From Microcoleus sp. (GTDB lineage Bacteria; Cyanobacteriota; Cyanobacteriia; Cyanobacteriales; Microcoleaceae), in contig JAYFMW010000020.1 of NCBI GenBank assembly GCA_042408215.1, positions 1 through 64,000 of the forward strand: 64,000 bases of DNA, given 5' to 3'. Below, in pieces: positions 40,333-52,005 of the stretch; the first letter of the stretch is position 1; the number at the start of each line of letters is the position of its first letter. Made by a program: the position numbers and the translations under genes. The notes beneath the pieces are model-generated. The model ran no database searches. It saw only the letters and a program-made list of their open reading frames with translations, and was not told the DNA's origin.

Positions 40333-43300
40333 CTAAATGAAAGTGAAATAAGGTCGATCGAGATTCAAATCCGTCAGCCCTTGCACCGTCGCAATTAAAT
40401 CATCCGATTGACCAGGTTTTTTCAAGAAAATGCTAGCCACATTCCCCGAAACCGACAGGGAATAATTGTCCTTAATTCCCGAAAGGACGATCGCATCTTC
40501 CGCAGAATTAAAATCACCGATCGCAGCATTACCATCACCAGAGTAGTAGATTTTATCACTATCTCCCAACAAGAAACGGTCATTACCTTCCCCGCCAGTC
40601 AAAGTATCAAACTCCCCAACTCCCGGATTGGTAGCACTCGGATCGACACCTACTAAAGTATCATCCCCAGCGCCACCACTAACAGCATCATTACCGCTGC
40701 CACCGAGTAAGTAATCATTACCTAACTGACCAAAAATGCTGTCATCTCCCGCATCGCCGCCCAGAGAATCATCACCCTTACCGCCCCAAATTACATCGTT
40801 ACCATCTCCTCCAAAAACAACATCCGAGGCTTCATTTCCGTACAGCGAATCATTACCTGCACTACCTAAAATGCCGTCGTCACCTTTACCGCCGTAAACG
40901 ACATCATTGCCATTTCCAGCATCAATAAAATCATTGCCAGCATTGCCAAATAGCGAGTCGTCGCCGTCACCGCCACCGATGCGATCGGCACCATCTAAGC
41001 CGAAAATCGTATCATTTCCAGCTAATCCATTGAGCGCATCAGCTTGCGAATTACTGCCGAATAAGAAATCGTTCAGAGGCCCGCCATTCAAAGTGGAATC
41101 AACGGTAGTATTCGGACTGGAAATCGGAATGCTGGGCGTTAAAATTTGGGGGCCGCGAGGTGTGGGAGTTGGTGTGGGTGTGGGAATGGGTATGGGTATG
41201 GGTTTAGGAATGGGAATGGCAAACTTAGAGAGAATTGTATTGCCGGGAGTACCTGCAACATTTTCGATGAATCCAGTACCGGGAACATTGCCAGTGGTAG
41301 AGGCGAAGAAATCGAGAATTTCGATGTCGTTAGCGAGGTTGACTTCACCGTCTTTATTGAGGTCTACTACTAAGCTAGTACCGCTGCGGCCGATTCCTAC
41401 TGAACCGGGAGTTAGAGATGTAACTAAGGTAGTATCGGTGAGAACCAGGTTGTCAGTACCTGCACCGCCTTGAATTTTGCTACCAGTGGCTGTTGCGGGG
41501 TCGAGGATAAAGGTGTCGTTGCCGCCGCCACCGGTGAGGATGTCGGCACCGCCGTTACCGATTAGGCTTTCGTCTGCTGCTGCTGCCGACGATGGTATCG
41601 GCGAAAGTTGTACCGATGATAACTTCGATACCGGTGAGAGTATCAGTACCTTCGGCTGTGGAACTTCCCGCTGCGAGATTGATATTAACAGGACTCAGCA
41701 GAGTAGCATAAGACACCGTATCAATACCGGCACCGCCGACAATACTGTCATTGCCCAAACCGCCATCTAGAGAATCATCTCCATCGCCGCCGTCGAGAGT
41801 ATCGTTGTCTTCGTTTCCGAACAAAAAGTCATTGCCGGCACCGCCCAACAAACTGTCATTCCCTTCATCCCCGTACAAAGAATCTTTGCCATCTCCTCCA
41901 TTGATAATGTCATTGTCCTTACCGCCCCAAAGGCTGTCATCACCGGCACCGCCTAACAGAGTATCGTTACCTTCGCCGCCGTCGAGGGTGTCATTGCCAT
42001 CGCCGCCGTCGAGATAGTCGTTGCCAATTCCGGTACCAAGAATTACGTCACCGCCCGCCTCACTAATTTTCCTTAGTTCGTCGCCGTTCAACACATCATC
42101 GCCGGCGTTGCCGAACAGCGAATCATTGCCTTGATTGCCCTCAATCTGATCGTTGCCGGCCAATCCGTCGATGCTGTCATCGCCGCTGCCACCATTGAGG
42201 AAATCAGGGCCGGGCGTTGCTTTCAGCGGGAAACTTTTGAGGATAGCGTCCCCTGAGAGATTGCCGACTGTTTCGATAAAACCATCTCCTTTTTCCAGAT
42301 TTGGTTCCGCGAAGAAGTTGGGAATAAACAAGTCGTCAGCAACTTTGTAAACCCCGTCTTTGTTGAGGTCAATTAGCAAGTCGGTATCGAATTCGCCGCC
42401 CCGCGTGACGCCTGCCGTATCGGCGGCCAAGCCGATCGCCAGCGTGACACCATTGAGAGTTAAACTATCAGTGCCGTTGTCGTCAGCAATAATGCTGCCC
42501 CCTGCGGAAGTACCATTTAACACGTAGAAGTCATTGCCGATGCCACCAAATAGGATATCTGCACCGCCACCGCCTTCTAGGGTATCGTTACCGTCATCTC
42601 CGTAGAGTGCGTCGCTGCCAAGGCCGCCGTTGATACTGTCATTATCTGCGCCGCCACTGAGTTCGTCATTGCCGTCACCGCCAGCTAAGGTATCGTTACC
42701 GTCACCACCATCTGCAACATCGCTGCCGACATCGCCAGAAATAGAGTCATTGCCTTCGTTGCCAAATAAAGAGTCATCGCCGACATCTCCTGTGAGGGTG
42801 TCGGCACCGCTGCCGCCGAAAACTTCGTCATTGCCGTCGCCGCCGGTGAGCAAATTATTGCCCAATTCATCGTCTAGGAAGTCATTTCCCGCGCCACCAA
42901 TTAGGCTGTCGTTACCTTCGTAACCATTTAAGTAGTCATCGCCGGCATCTCCTGTGAGGGAGTCGGCACCGCTGCCACCTACAACTTCGTCATCGCCGTC
43001 GCCGCCGGAGAGCAAATTATTGCCCGATTCATCTTCTAGAAAGTCATTTCCCGCGCCACCAATTAGGCTGTCGTTACCTTCGTAACCATTTAAGTCGTCA
43101 TCGCCGGCATCTCCTGTGAGGGAGTCGGCACCGCTGCCACCTACAACTTCGTCATCGCCGTCGCCGCCGGAGAGCAAATTATTGCCCGATTCATCTTCTA
43201 GAAAGTCATTTCCTGCGCCGCCAATTAGACTGTCATTTCCTGCGCCACCATTTAAGTAGTCATCTCCGGTGTTGCCTAGGAGGGAGTCATTTCCTCCTAG

Positions 43301-46177
43301 ACCGGAAATTTCATCGTTACCTGCAAGGCCGTCGATGGTGTCGTTTTGGTCGCTACCTTGGAGGGTATCATCGCCCGGTGTTGCCGGAGTTGGTGTTGGA
43401 GTTGTCGGAGTTGGAGTTGTCGGAGTTGGAGTTGTCGGAGTTGGAGTTGTCGGAGTTGGAGTTGTCGGAGTTGGAGTTGTCGGAGTTGGAGTTGTCGGAG
43501 TTGGAGTTGTCGGAGTTGGAGTTGTCGGAGTTGGAGTTGTCGGAGTTGGAGTTGTCGGAGTTGGAGTTGTCGGAGTTGGAGTTGTCGGAGTTGGAGTTGT
43601 CGGAGTTGGAGTTGTCGGAGTTGGAGTTGTCGGAGTTGGAGTTGTCGGAGTTGGAGTTGTCGGAGTCGGTGTTGTCGGAGTCGGTGTTGTCGGAGTTGGT
43701 GTTGTCGGAGTTGGTGTTGTCGGAGTTGGAGTTGTCGGAGTTGGAGTTGTCGGAGTTGGAGTTGTCGGAGTTGGTGTTGGCGTGGGAACGCCGAGAATGT
43801 CATAGCCAGAAAGGTTGCCGACGTTTTGGAAGCGGCCGCTATTAGGCAAGTAAAAGTCTTCAATGGTCAAATCATCCCGCGATTTTACCTTGCCGTCGGC
43901 GTTGAGGTCGATCAGCAAATCGTTGCCTTGTTTGTCAATCCCGTTCTGCCCTGCTGCGAGGGTTTTTGTCAGGGTGGCGTTGTTGAGGATTAAATTATTG
44001 GCGACACCACCAACATTTTTAATTTTGCTGCCGGAGGCTGTCGTGGCATCGAGGATGTAAGTAGTGTTTCCGGTGCTTCCCACTAGAGAGTCGCTACCGC
44101 CACCGCCGATGAGGGTGTCACCGGCACCGGAGGCGACGAGGGTGTCGTTGCCACGGCCGCCGGAGAGGGTGTTGGCTGCTTCGTTGCCGACTATTGAGTC
44201 ATTTCCTTCGCCAGCAAAGGCATTTTCAATGATGCTGCCGGGGGCGATGGTGAGGGTAACAGCAGCGAGTTTTTCGCGCCCTGTTACGTCGCGGCCTGGT
44301 AAGGTACTTGTAGCACCGGGCGCGAGGTTGACAATAACGTCGTCAGTGATGGCTGCAACGTTGATGATGTCGTTGCCAGCGTTGGTGTCGCTGAGAGTTT
44401 TGCGGGCAGCATCGGTGAAACTGGCGAACTCGTTGGTGTAGATGTAGGTGTTGTCAGGAATGATATCGTCGCCGTACAGCCGCAAAGTTGCGCCTTTTAG
44501 TTTGCCGATATTGTTGCCGCTGGTGGGAGTTTGGAATGTTTGGTCTCCAATTTTTAACGGGTACTCTTTACCCGTATTTTTGGGGTCGTTGGTGGCGCTA
44601 TTATCTGAAATGTTCAGCGTCCAATCGCCAAGACCGGTTTCTCCCCAGTCGCGGGCGCTGCTGAAGGTGTAGTTGTTGAGGGGGTTGTCGAAGGATGTTT
44701 TTTTGAAACCGTAATCGTCACCGGCGGGTTTCTGCTTACTCTTATTTACCTCGGTGTAGTAAGGGACTCGATCGAGAATGACACTCTCGGTTTTGTCGGG
44801 AGATGTCAGCTTAACTACTAAGTCTTGAAATTGACCGTGCTCGATATTCAAGTCTAGTTCGAGCTTGTCGATGTTGATGCCTTGAGTAATCTTGAAGGTT
44901 TGATTGATCCCTGCGGGGTTATTGTCAGGGATATCTACCCCCGATTCTGGCAGGGTCAAATTGGCAAGTTGAGATTTCTCATTTGTTGCAGTTGCCGCTT
45001 CATTTTTGGCAGTACCCGATCGCGGCTGCCAGGTTTCTGCTAACCGCACTGCTGCGGTGGCATCGACTAATCCGAAGCCGTAGTCGTGATTGACATGGAG
45101 TCCGCCACCGTTCCAGTTTTTGGCGCCATTAAATGTCCAAGTATCTTTCGGAATTTTCTTATCTGCATACTCTGTGCTTGCAACCGGTTGATTATTCGGG
45201 TCATTTTTGCGGGCTGAGTAAGCCAGGATTTCCTGAACGTCGCGGTAGCCGAGTTTGGGATTGGCTTGCAGGATTAAGGCTGCAACCCCCGAAACCATCG
45301 GCGCCGCTGACGACGTGCCGTTAAAGTGGTTGCTGTAGTTGGGGTTCGTAAAATCAATTAGCTTTTTCGCAGTTTCGTTCGTATTGTAGCCCTCATTTCC
45401 GGTACGATCGACTGTGGTAATACTTCCTCCATCGCCGAAGGCTGAGACAAGCAGCGGCGCACCAGGATTGCTGTATGGGGCAACAACTCCCTGACTGTCG
45501 ATCGCTGCTACGGCAATTGTATAGCGGCTGTTTTCGTAATCGCCTGAGTTGACATTTCTCCCCCGCTGTTGCACTCCTGCTGTCAGGTTTGGGTTAACAT
45601 CTTCGCGCTCGTTTCCCCCAGCCCAGGCAAATACTGTACCTAACCCATCGCGGCCTTTGGTGACAGCGTTTTTGATGGCTGCAACGTTGTCGCTATTGAT
45701 ATCAAAGTGATAGTTAAAGCCCCAGCTATTGTTGGAAACGTCGAATTTCTGTTGCGCCTCTAAACTAGCTTGGCGGCCAAGAGAAGCTGATTTATAACCT
45801 GCGATCGTGGCTTGGTAAGCAATACCCACTGTACCGATATTGTTTCTTCTAGCTGCGATAATGCCAGCTACAGCCGTACCGTGATTAGAAGTCGTTGGAA
45901 AGGGGCCCCCTAAGCTGTCTGGCAGGGAAAGCGATTGATCGAAGTTGCCTGCAAAATCTTCGTGGTTTCCGTCGATGCCGCCATCGATGACGCCTACTTT
46001 GATGCCTTTGCCAGTATACTGCGGCCACAGGGGGAGTACATTGATATCGATGCCGGGAGTGCCTGCGGTGGTGACGTAATAATTGTTTTCTACTTTCTGC
46101 CCCGTGTTGAACAGCCACCACTGCTCCTTAGCTAGGGTATTTTTTAAGTCGTCTGGCAATCTGGATGGAGTAGTCAT
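40333..46177 (-). CDS. S8 subtilase (kexin-like) with P-domain, Pro/Thr linker and RTX repeats; apparent frameshift near 41578
   Basis: Catalytic triad in [14 protein letters not shown] and GTSSAAP. The reading continues in another frame ([15 protein letters not shown]...) that is open to 40333. Confidence 0.85.
43383..43780. repeat. 15-bp coding tandem repeat (PTPTT)n, about 25 units
   Basis: gttgtcggagttgga repeated. Confidence 0.95.
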
Positions 46178-46438
46178 AACAAGCCTCACACTGATAATTT
46201 TCTAAACTGCTGAAAGCAATGGGCACAGGGAGAGACCGATCGCACCTATTTGCTGAGACTGGCGATCGATACCCGCATCCCCCATAAGATAGATGTTGTC
46301 ATATATCGGTTGCGATCGCTTGAGTAATTTTCTCTCAAACAATTAATTACGGCTCGCCAAAATCAAACTGCATAGAACCCAAGCGATCGCGGGTTGACTT
46401 TCGCTATGTCTATTATTTCTGGTAGTGGCCGTTTGTAT

Positions 46439-46492
46439 AAGTCGGAAAAGTCGGATCTTTAAAGTCCCAAAAGTCGGAAAAGTCGGATCTTT
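46439..46492. promoter_or_regulatory. Direct repeat upstream of the subtilase, possible operator
   Basis: aagtcggaaaagtcggatcttt at 46439 and 46471. Confidence 0.35.
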
Positions 46493-46608
46493 GGCCATGA
46501 GGGTGGTTGATGGTTGACTTTTGAGGGTTGTTGTGTTAAAGGAATTGAATTTGCCTTCAGGGGCGATCTCGAATCCTCAGCAAAGTGAATCTCAACAAAT
46601 CAGGGAAG

Positions 46609-46717
46609 TATAGCCTTTCTCAGTAACAGTGCGGTACGCTTCGGGCTTCGGGCTTCGGGCTTCGGGCTTCGGGCTTCGGGCTTCGGGCATACCTCACAAC
46701 GCTTGAGAACCGCTATA
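46609..46717. mobile_element. TATAGC...GCTATA MITE containing (CTTCGGG)7
   Basis: Inverted copy of 18966-19067 with a different internal heptamer. Confidence 0.8.
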
Positions 46718-46911
46718 GTTCTTCCGTACTTGTTATGCTAAATCGACTGCTGTGAGCGATCGCAAGATCTCAAATGGGTTCTATAAACATATAGAATTAA
46801 TCCGCGTTAATCTGCGTTAATTTCCAGTTAAAAATTAGTTATATTTTGCCAAGTAGAACATTTTTTTGCTAAAGTGCGATCGAGCATATAATTCGCAGAT
46901 GCAGATAATAA

Positions 46912-47060
46912 ACCAATACGGTTCAGTTAATCTCGATCCCCCCTAGCCCCCCTTAAAAAGGGGGGGACAAGAACTTACTCAAAGTCAACCCCTACTCCCC
47001 TTCTTAAGGGGGATTTAGGGGGATCCGGATGAATAAATAGTTTTAACCCAAGCGTATTGG
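46912..47060. mobile_element. MITE (ccaatacg...cgtattgg) with palindromic GATCCCCC core
   Basis: Terminal inverted repeats surround the shared core. Confidence 0.65.
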
Positions 47061-47079
47061 ATAATAATAAACCCTATTT

Positions 47080-49887
47080 ATGTGGTATATTCCTATCCCT
47101 AAACAATTTAGGGAAGCTTCCAGAGTCATCGAATCTCAACTTTTTTTGCAGCCAAAACGCCTCGCCATTTTTGAAGCTTGTCTGATCGGCTTAGTGGCTG
47201 GATTGGCTGGCGTTTTCCTCAAATTAGGCGTCGGATGGCTCGGTAGTTGGCGAGTCGCTACCTCAACATTAATTCCAGCTTGGATATTGCTTCCGGCTGT
47301 CGGTTTATTAGGCGGGTTACTAACAGGTTTATTGGTTGAACGTTGGGCTCCAGAAACTGCCGGTAGCGGCATTCCCCACGTCAAAGCTGCCCTTTCCGGT
47401 GTCAATCTTTCTTTGAATTTACGAGTAGCTGTCGCTAAACTTCTGACCACTATTTTAGCAGTTGGTTCCGGTTTAACCCTGGGAAGACAAGGCCCGACTG
47501 TACAAATTGGAGCGTCTTTGGCTAGCTGGATTGGTCACTTAATGCCAACTTCCCCCGACTACCGCCGGCAATTGATTGCTTGCGGTGCGGCGGCGGGATT
47601 AGCCGCTGGTTTTAATGCTCCCATCGCAGGAGTTTTGTTTGTAGTCGAAGAACTTCTGCACGATGTTTCTGGCCTGACTTTAGGTACTGCAATTATTGCT
47701 TCTTTCATCGGTGCAGTTGTCTCGCAACTTTTGGGCGGAGACAGTTTAAATCTGAATTTACGAGAGTACCCAACCAGTTTTGCGGCTCAGGAAATCCCGT
47801 TTTACATACTGTTAGGAGTTTTAGCAGGATTGCTGGGAGCTTTGTTCAGCAAAGGGATTATTGCTGGTTTGCAATTCAATCGGAAAACGCTCAAATTAGC
47901 TTTACCTTGGCGAGTTGCTTTAGCTGGCTTGCTCTGCGGTTTTGTCATCGCTGCTTTGCCAGAAAATTTCCGCAACAATACTGGTTTGCGAGAGTTTTTG
48001 CTAACCGGAGAAGCTACAGGAAAAACAAGTTTAATTGCTTTTGTTGCTCACTTCTTTTTGACAATTATCTCCGCAGCTTCTGGAGCTCCGGGAGGATTGT
48101 TTGCACCTTCTTTAGTTCTCGGTTCTGCACTCGGCCATATCGTGGGCATTTTACAGGCAGATTTGCTCGGCGTTGGTTTGCCGGTAACTTACGCTTTGGC
48201 GGGAATGGGAGCGTTTTTTTGTGCGGTTTCTAGGGCTCCGATTACTGCGGTAGTGATTGTGTTTGAAATTACGGCGGATTTTAAGTTAGTGCTACCTTTG
48301 ATGATTTGTTCTGTAGTTGCTTATTTAGTTGCAGAAAAGGTGGATAGTGGCTCTTTGTACGATCGCCTTTTGGAGTTGAAAGGCATTCAACTGACAAAAG
48401 ATAAACCAGCCGTTGATGCTTTGAGCGACTTGTACGCAGCTAACGTGATGCAGCGCCAAGTTGAAACTCTTTCGAGTCTACTGACTTTTGATGAAGTGAT
48501 GCAGGCTTTTTCGCGATCGACTCACCGAGGTTTTCCGGTAGTTGACGCTGGAAAATTGGTCGGAATTGTCAGTCAAACGGATTTGGAAAATGCCAGCAAG
48601 CGCAATTTTACTGGGCAATCTTTGCTCAAAGAATTTATGACGGCGCAGCCAATAACTGTAAAAGCAACTGATACTTTAAGCGAAGTTTTGTACAGGCTCA
48701 CCCACTACAATCTCAGCCGCTTGCCGGTGACAGAAGGACGACATTTAGTAGGCATTATTACCCGCAGTGACATTATTCGAGTTGAGTCAGATAGATTGAG
48801 TGGAGAAACCAATCAAGGCCCGCATCCAGAACCTTCTTACATTGTATATCAAACCAGAGCTCCGCAGGTAGGAAACGGCCGCTTGTTAGTGCCTCTCTCG
48901 AATCCGAATACAGCACCGGCTTTGTTGCGGCTGGCGGCTGCAATCGCGCGCGATCGCAATTACGAACTAGAATGTCTGCAAATCATGTTAGTACCGCGCA
49001 ACAGTTCTCCCTCAGAAACCGCAGTGCGGACAACAAAAGGCCGCCGCCTCCTACAACAAGCCGAGCGAATTGCCCGCGATTGGGATGTCCCATTACACAC
49101 GCAAATACGGGTAGCTCACGACGTTCCTCACGCGATTTTAGAGACAATTGGGGAGCGACACATCGATCTAATTTTGATGGGCTGGCAAGGCGAAATTTCC
49201 ACAACTGGACGCATTTTTGGCGATGTTGTGGATACCGTAATTCGGCAAGCTGGCTGCGAAGTAATTTTGGTAAAATGGAGCGATCAATTATTACAAAAAG
49301 GCCAGAAAGGAGACTGGGGAAACAAAATGGGAATCAAGAGAAAAGCATTGAGTCAAGAGTCTGTGGATTTAACCAACAGAAACCGGGCAGAAAATCCCCA
49401 ATCTCAAATCGAAAATCCCCAATCTCAAATGGCAGAATTTTCCGCACCATATTCAAACCTTCAAACCGAGGAATTGGGGCTCCACACGCTAATGGGTTTA
49501 CAGCGCTGGCTGGTGCCAATTCGCGGCAGTTATAAGCAAGCGGCCGCTTTGCGGTTGTTACCTGCTTTGGTGGCTGCGAGTGCATTACCGGAGATTAGAT
49601 TGTGTCAGGTGTACCAGCCTTCTGTCGCAGCACCCGATCGCCATGAATTGAAGCAGGCGGCGGAGTTTCTCCAGCGCAGGGTTAGCTGTGAGGTAATTGC
49701 GACTTCCGTTTGCGCTAAGTCGGTTTCTGATGCTTTAATTGATTTGGCTCAGAACGATCAGTGCGATGCGATCGTCCTGGGAGCCAGCCGCGAAGGGCTC
49801 CTGAAACAGGTGATTCAGGGAAATATCCCGGAGGCTGTGGCGCGTGGGTGCGATTGTACGGTAATTTTAGTGCGATCGGCAAATTAG
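47080..49887 (+). CDS. ClC-family chloride channel/transporter with CBS pair and USP domains
   Basis: GSGIP, GRQGP, FNAPIAG and GGLFAP, followed by CBS and universal-stress domains. Confidence 0.93.
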   Translation: MWYIPIPKQFREASRVIESQLFLQPKRLAIFEACLIGLVAGLAGVFLKLGVGWLGSWRVATSTLIPAWILLPAVGLLGGLLTGLLVERWAPETAGSGIPHVKAALSGVNLSLNLRVAVAKLLTTILAVGSGLTLGRQGPTVQIGASLASWIGHLMPTSPDYRRQLIACGAAAGLAAGFNAPIAGVLFVVEELLHDVSGLTLGTAIIASFIGAVVSQLLGGDSLNLNLREYPTSFAAQEIPFYILLGVLAGLLGALFSKGIIAGLQFNRKTLKLALPWRVALAGLLCGFVIAALPENFRNNTGLREFLLTGEATGKTSLIAFVAHFFLTIISAASGAPGGLFAPSLVLGSALGHIVGILQADLLGVGLPVTYALAGMGAFFCAVSRAPITAVVIVFEITADFKLVLPLMICSVVAYLVAEKVDSGSLYDRLLELKGIQLTKDKPAVDALSDLYAANVMQRQVETLSSLLTFDEVMQAFSRSTHRGFPVVDAGKLVGIVSQTDLENASKRNFTGQSLLKEFMTAQPITVKATDTLSEVLYRLTHYNLSRLPVTEGRHLVGIITRSDIIRVESDRLSGETNQGPHPEPSYIVYQTRAPQVGNGRLLVPLSNPNTAPALLRLAAAIARDRNYELECLQIMLVPRNSSPSETAVRTTKGRRLLQQAERIARDWDVPLHTQIRVAHDVPHAILETIGERHIDLILMGWQGEISTTGRIFGDVVDTVIRQAGCEVILVKWSDQLLQKGQKGDWGNKMGIKRKALSQESVDLTNRNRAENPQSQIENPQSQMAEFSAPYSNLQTEELGLHTLMGLQRWLVPIRGSYKQAAALRLLPALVAASALPEIRLCQVYQPSVAAPDRHELKQAAEFLQRRVSCEVIATSVCAKSVSDALIDLAQNDQCDAIVLGASREGLLKQVIQGNIPEAVARGCDCTVILVRSAN

Positions 49888-50273
49888 TCAGTAGTCAGTA
49901 GTCAGTAGTCATTAGTCATTGGTCATTGGTCATTGGTCATTGGTCATTGGTCATTGGTCATTAGTCATTAGTCATTAGTTATTAGTCATTAGTCATTAGT
50001 CATTAGTCATTAGTTATTAGTTATTAGTCATTAGTTATTAGTCATTAGTCATTAGTCATTAGTCATTAGTCATTAGTTATTAGTTATTAGTTATTAGTCA
50101 TTAGTCATTAGTCATTAGTCATTAGTCATTAGTCATTAGTCATTAGTCATTAGTCATTAGTTATTAGTCATTAGTCATTAGTCATTAGTTATTAGTCATT
50201 AGTCATTAGTCATTAGTCATTAGTCATTAGTCATTAGTTATTAGTCATTAGTCATTAGTCATTAGTTATTAGT
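49885..50273. repeat. (TAGTCAT)n heptamer STRR array, over 50 units
   Basis: Seen directly, with variant units TAGTTAT, TGGTCAT and TAGTCAG. Confidence 0.95.
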
Positions 50274-50289
50274 TGGTGATAATAACCAA

Positions 50290-50646
50290 TTCCCCATTCC
50301 CCATTCCCCATTCCCCATTCCCCATTCCCCATTCCCCATTCCCCATTCCCCATTCCCCATTCCCCATTCCCCATTCCCCATTCCCCATTCCCCATTCCCC
50401 ATTCCCCATTCCCCATTCCCCATTCCCCATTCCCCATTCCCCATTCCCCATTCCCCATTCCCCATTCCCCATTCCCCATTCCCCATTCCCCATTCCCCAT
50501 TCCCCATTCCCCATTCCCCATTCCCCATTCCCCATTCCCCATTCCCCATTCCCCATTCCCCATTCCCCATTCCCCATTCCCCATTCCCCATTCCCCATTC
50601 CCCATTCCCCATTCCCCATTCCCCATTCCCCATTCCCCATTCCCAT
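50290..50646. repeat. (TTCCCCA)n heptamer STRR array, about 50 units
   Basis: Seen directly, essentially perfect. Confidence 0.95.
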
Positions 50647-50650
50647 AAAA

Positions 50651-51772
50651 ATGGTTCACTTTAAAATAGGCTTTCAACACTTTAATTCCTTCGCTGACAT
50701 TACCCTTTCCCTGGCGAAAACCTTAGACAAAATGGGAATTCCTATTTCTGTCGAACCGTCACAAATTGCCCCTCACGTCACGCGCATTTCCACAGCAGAA
50801 GAAAACAATCTGCTGGCGAAGTGGATGAGCAACAGTCCATCGGATTTATTTCAAATAAAATGGTCGCATTACTGGAAACCTTATTTTTTAAAAGAACTCA
50901 ACGCTCATCTCAATTTAGAATTTTTCGCGATTAATTATGAATTTGCTACTAATCACGATGAATTTGATTATTGGATGTACGATGCTGTCAATAATGGCTC
51001 TCACAAATTAGCCGTAAGTGAATATTCTAAAAACGTTTTAATCCAAGCAGGTTGTCCGGCTGCTAACGTCTCAGTCATTCCTTTGGGTTTCAATCCTTTA
51101 ATCTCGGAACAGTATTATGAAAGACCCCAAAACCAGCAGAAAAATGTAACGTCTATTCTGCACATGACCAATTCTTTTGATTTATATCGATTTGGTACTG
51201 ATGTTGCAATTCAAGCTTTTTGTCAAGAATTTCAGCGCGAGTCAAACGTGGAATTAATTATCAAAGATGGGGGAAAAAATCCTGAAGTAATAGTAGAATT
51301 AATTATGGATTTTGAAAGTCGATTTGGCAAATTTAAGCCAAAGATTCAAATAATACCTAAGTTTTTTGACAAACAAGAATTAGCGAATTTATACTTATCA
51401 GCCGATGCTTTCTTAGCTCCGTTTCGTGGCGAGGGTTTTGCTATTAAAATTTTGGATGCGTTTGCTGCCGGTTTACCCGTTGCTATGACTCTGTACGGTG
51501 GCCCGACTGAGTACGCTAATACTGCTAATTGCTATCCCATTTCTTATGAGCTAATTCCCCTAGGAAAGTGTTATGATACTCAGTATCTTAAAATTAGAAA
51601 TTTTCCTCACTGGGCCGAACCAAATGTTCAGTCTGTTCGGGAGCAGTTGCGAAACATAGTTGCAGATCCAATGCGTTTTCAGGTAGCTCAAAAAGCCAGA
51701 GAGACGGCGGATTTATTTAATTGGGAAGCGACGGCTCAAAAATTGCTAAGATTAATGCGACAGTTGTTTTAG
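50651..51772 (+). CDS. GT4-family glycosyltransferase
   Basis: YLSADAFLAPFRGEGFAIKILDAFAAGLP. Start at MVHFKIG after the array. Confidence 0.88.
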   Translation: MVHFKIGFQHFNSFADITLSLAKTLDKMGIPISVEPSQIAPHVTRISTAEENNLLAKWMSNSPSDLFQIKWSHYWKPYFLKELNAHLNLEFFAINYEFATNHDEFDYWMYDAVNNGSHKLAVSEYSKNVLIQAGCPAANVSVIPLGFNPLISEQYYERPQNQQKNVTSILHMTNSFDLYRFGTDVAIQAFCQEFQRESNVELIIKDGGKNPEVIVELIMDFESRFGKFKPKIQIIPKFFDKQELANLYLSADAFLAPFRGEGFAIKILDAFAAGLPVAMTLYGGPTEYANTANCYPISYELIPLGKCYDTQYLKIRNFPHWAEPNVQSVREQLRNIVADPMRFQVAQKARETADLFNWEATAQKLLRLMRQLF

Positions 51773-51783
51773 GAGCGGAAATT

Positions 51784-52005
51784 ATGGCACTGGAAAGCAA
51801 AAGATTTAGGGGAATGTTTTTACCTACCGAAGTGGTACAATTAAAACAGCCTTGTTTTACTCCGGGGCGTTTGTTTGAGCCGGGAAAATATCAGGCTGCT
51901 GATTTGCCGGATGTGGCTTTTGATATGGGTTTGGTAGACCATTTGCCGCGTGTAAAAGGGCAGAATTCAGAAATTGTCAATGCTGACTTGCGATCGCCCG
52001 TGTAA
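51784..52005 (+). CDS. Small hypothetical protein (73 aa)
   Basis: AGGAG RBS then MALESKRFRG, directly behind the glycosyltransferase. Confidence 0.65.
   Translation: MALESKRFRGMFLPTEVVQLKQPCFTPGRLFEPGKYQAADLPDVAFDMGLVDHLPRVKGQNSEIVNADLRSPV

Noticed and set aside
40333..41091. Independent 252-aa RTX gene
   Set aside because: The frame is open upstream to 41577, so it is the frameshifted C-terminus of the subtilase.
43269..43993. Alternative-frame repetitive ORFs (VGVGV, QLRQL, CRSWS, ELSEL)
   Set aside because: Shadows of the 15-bp coding repeat in the subtilase.
50255..50680. ORFs reading (MGNGEWG)n and the PIPHSPF N-terminal extension of the glycosyltransferase
   Set aside because: Translation artefacts of a stop-free heptamer array.
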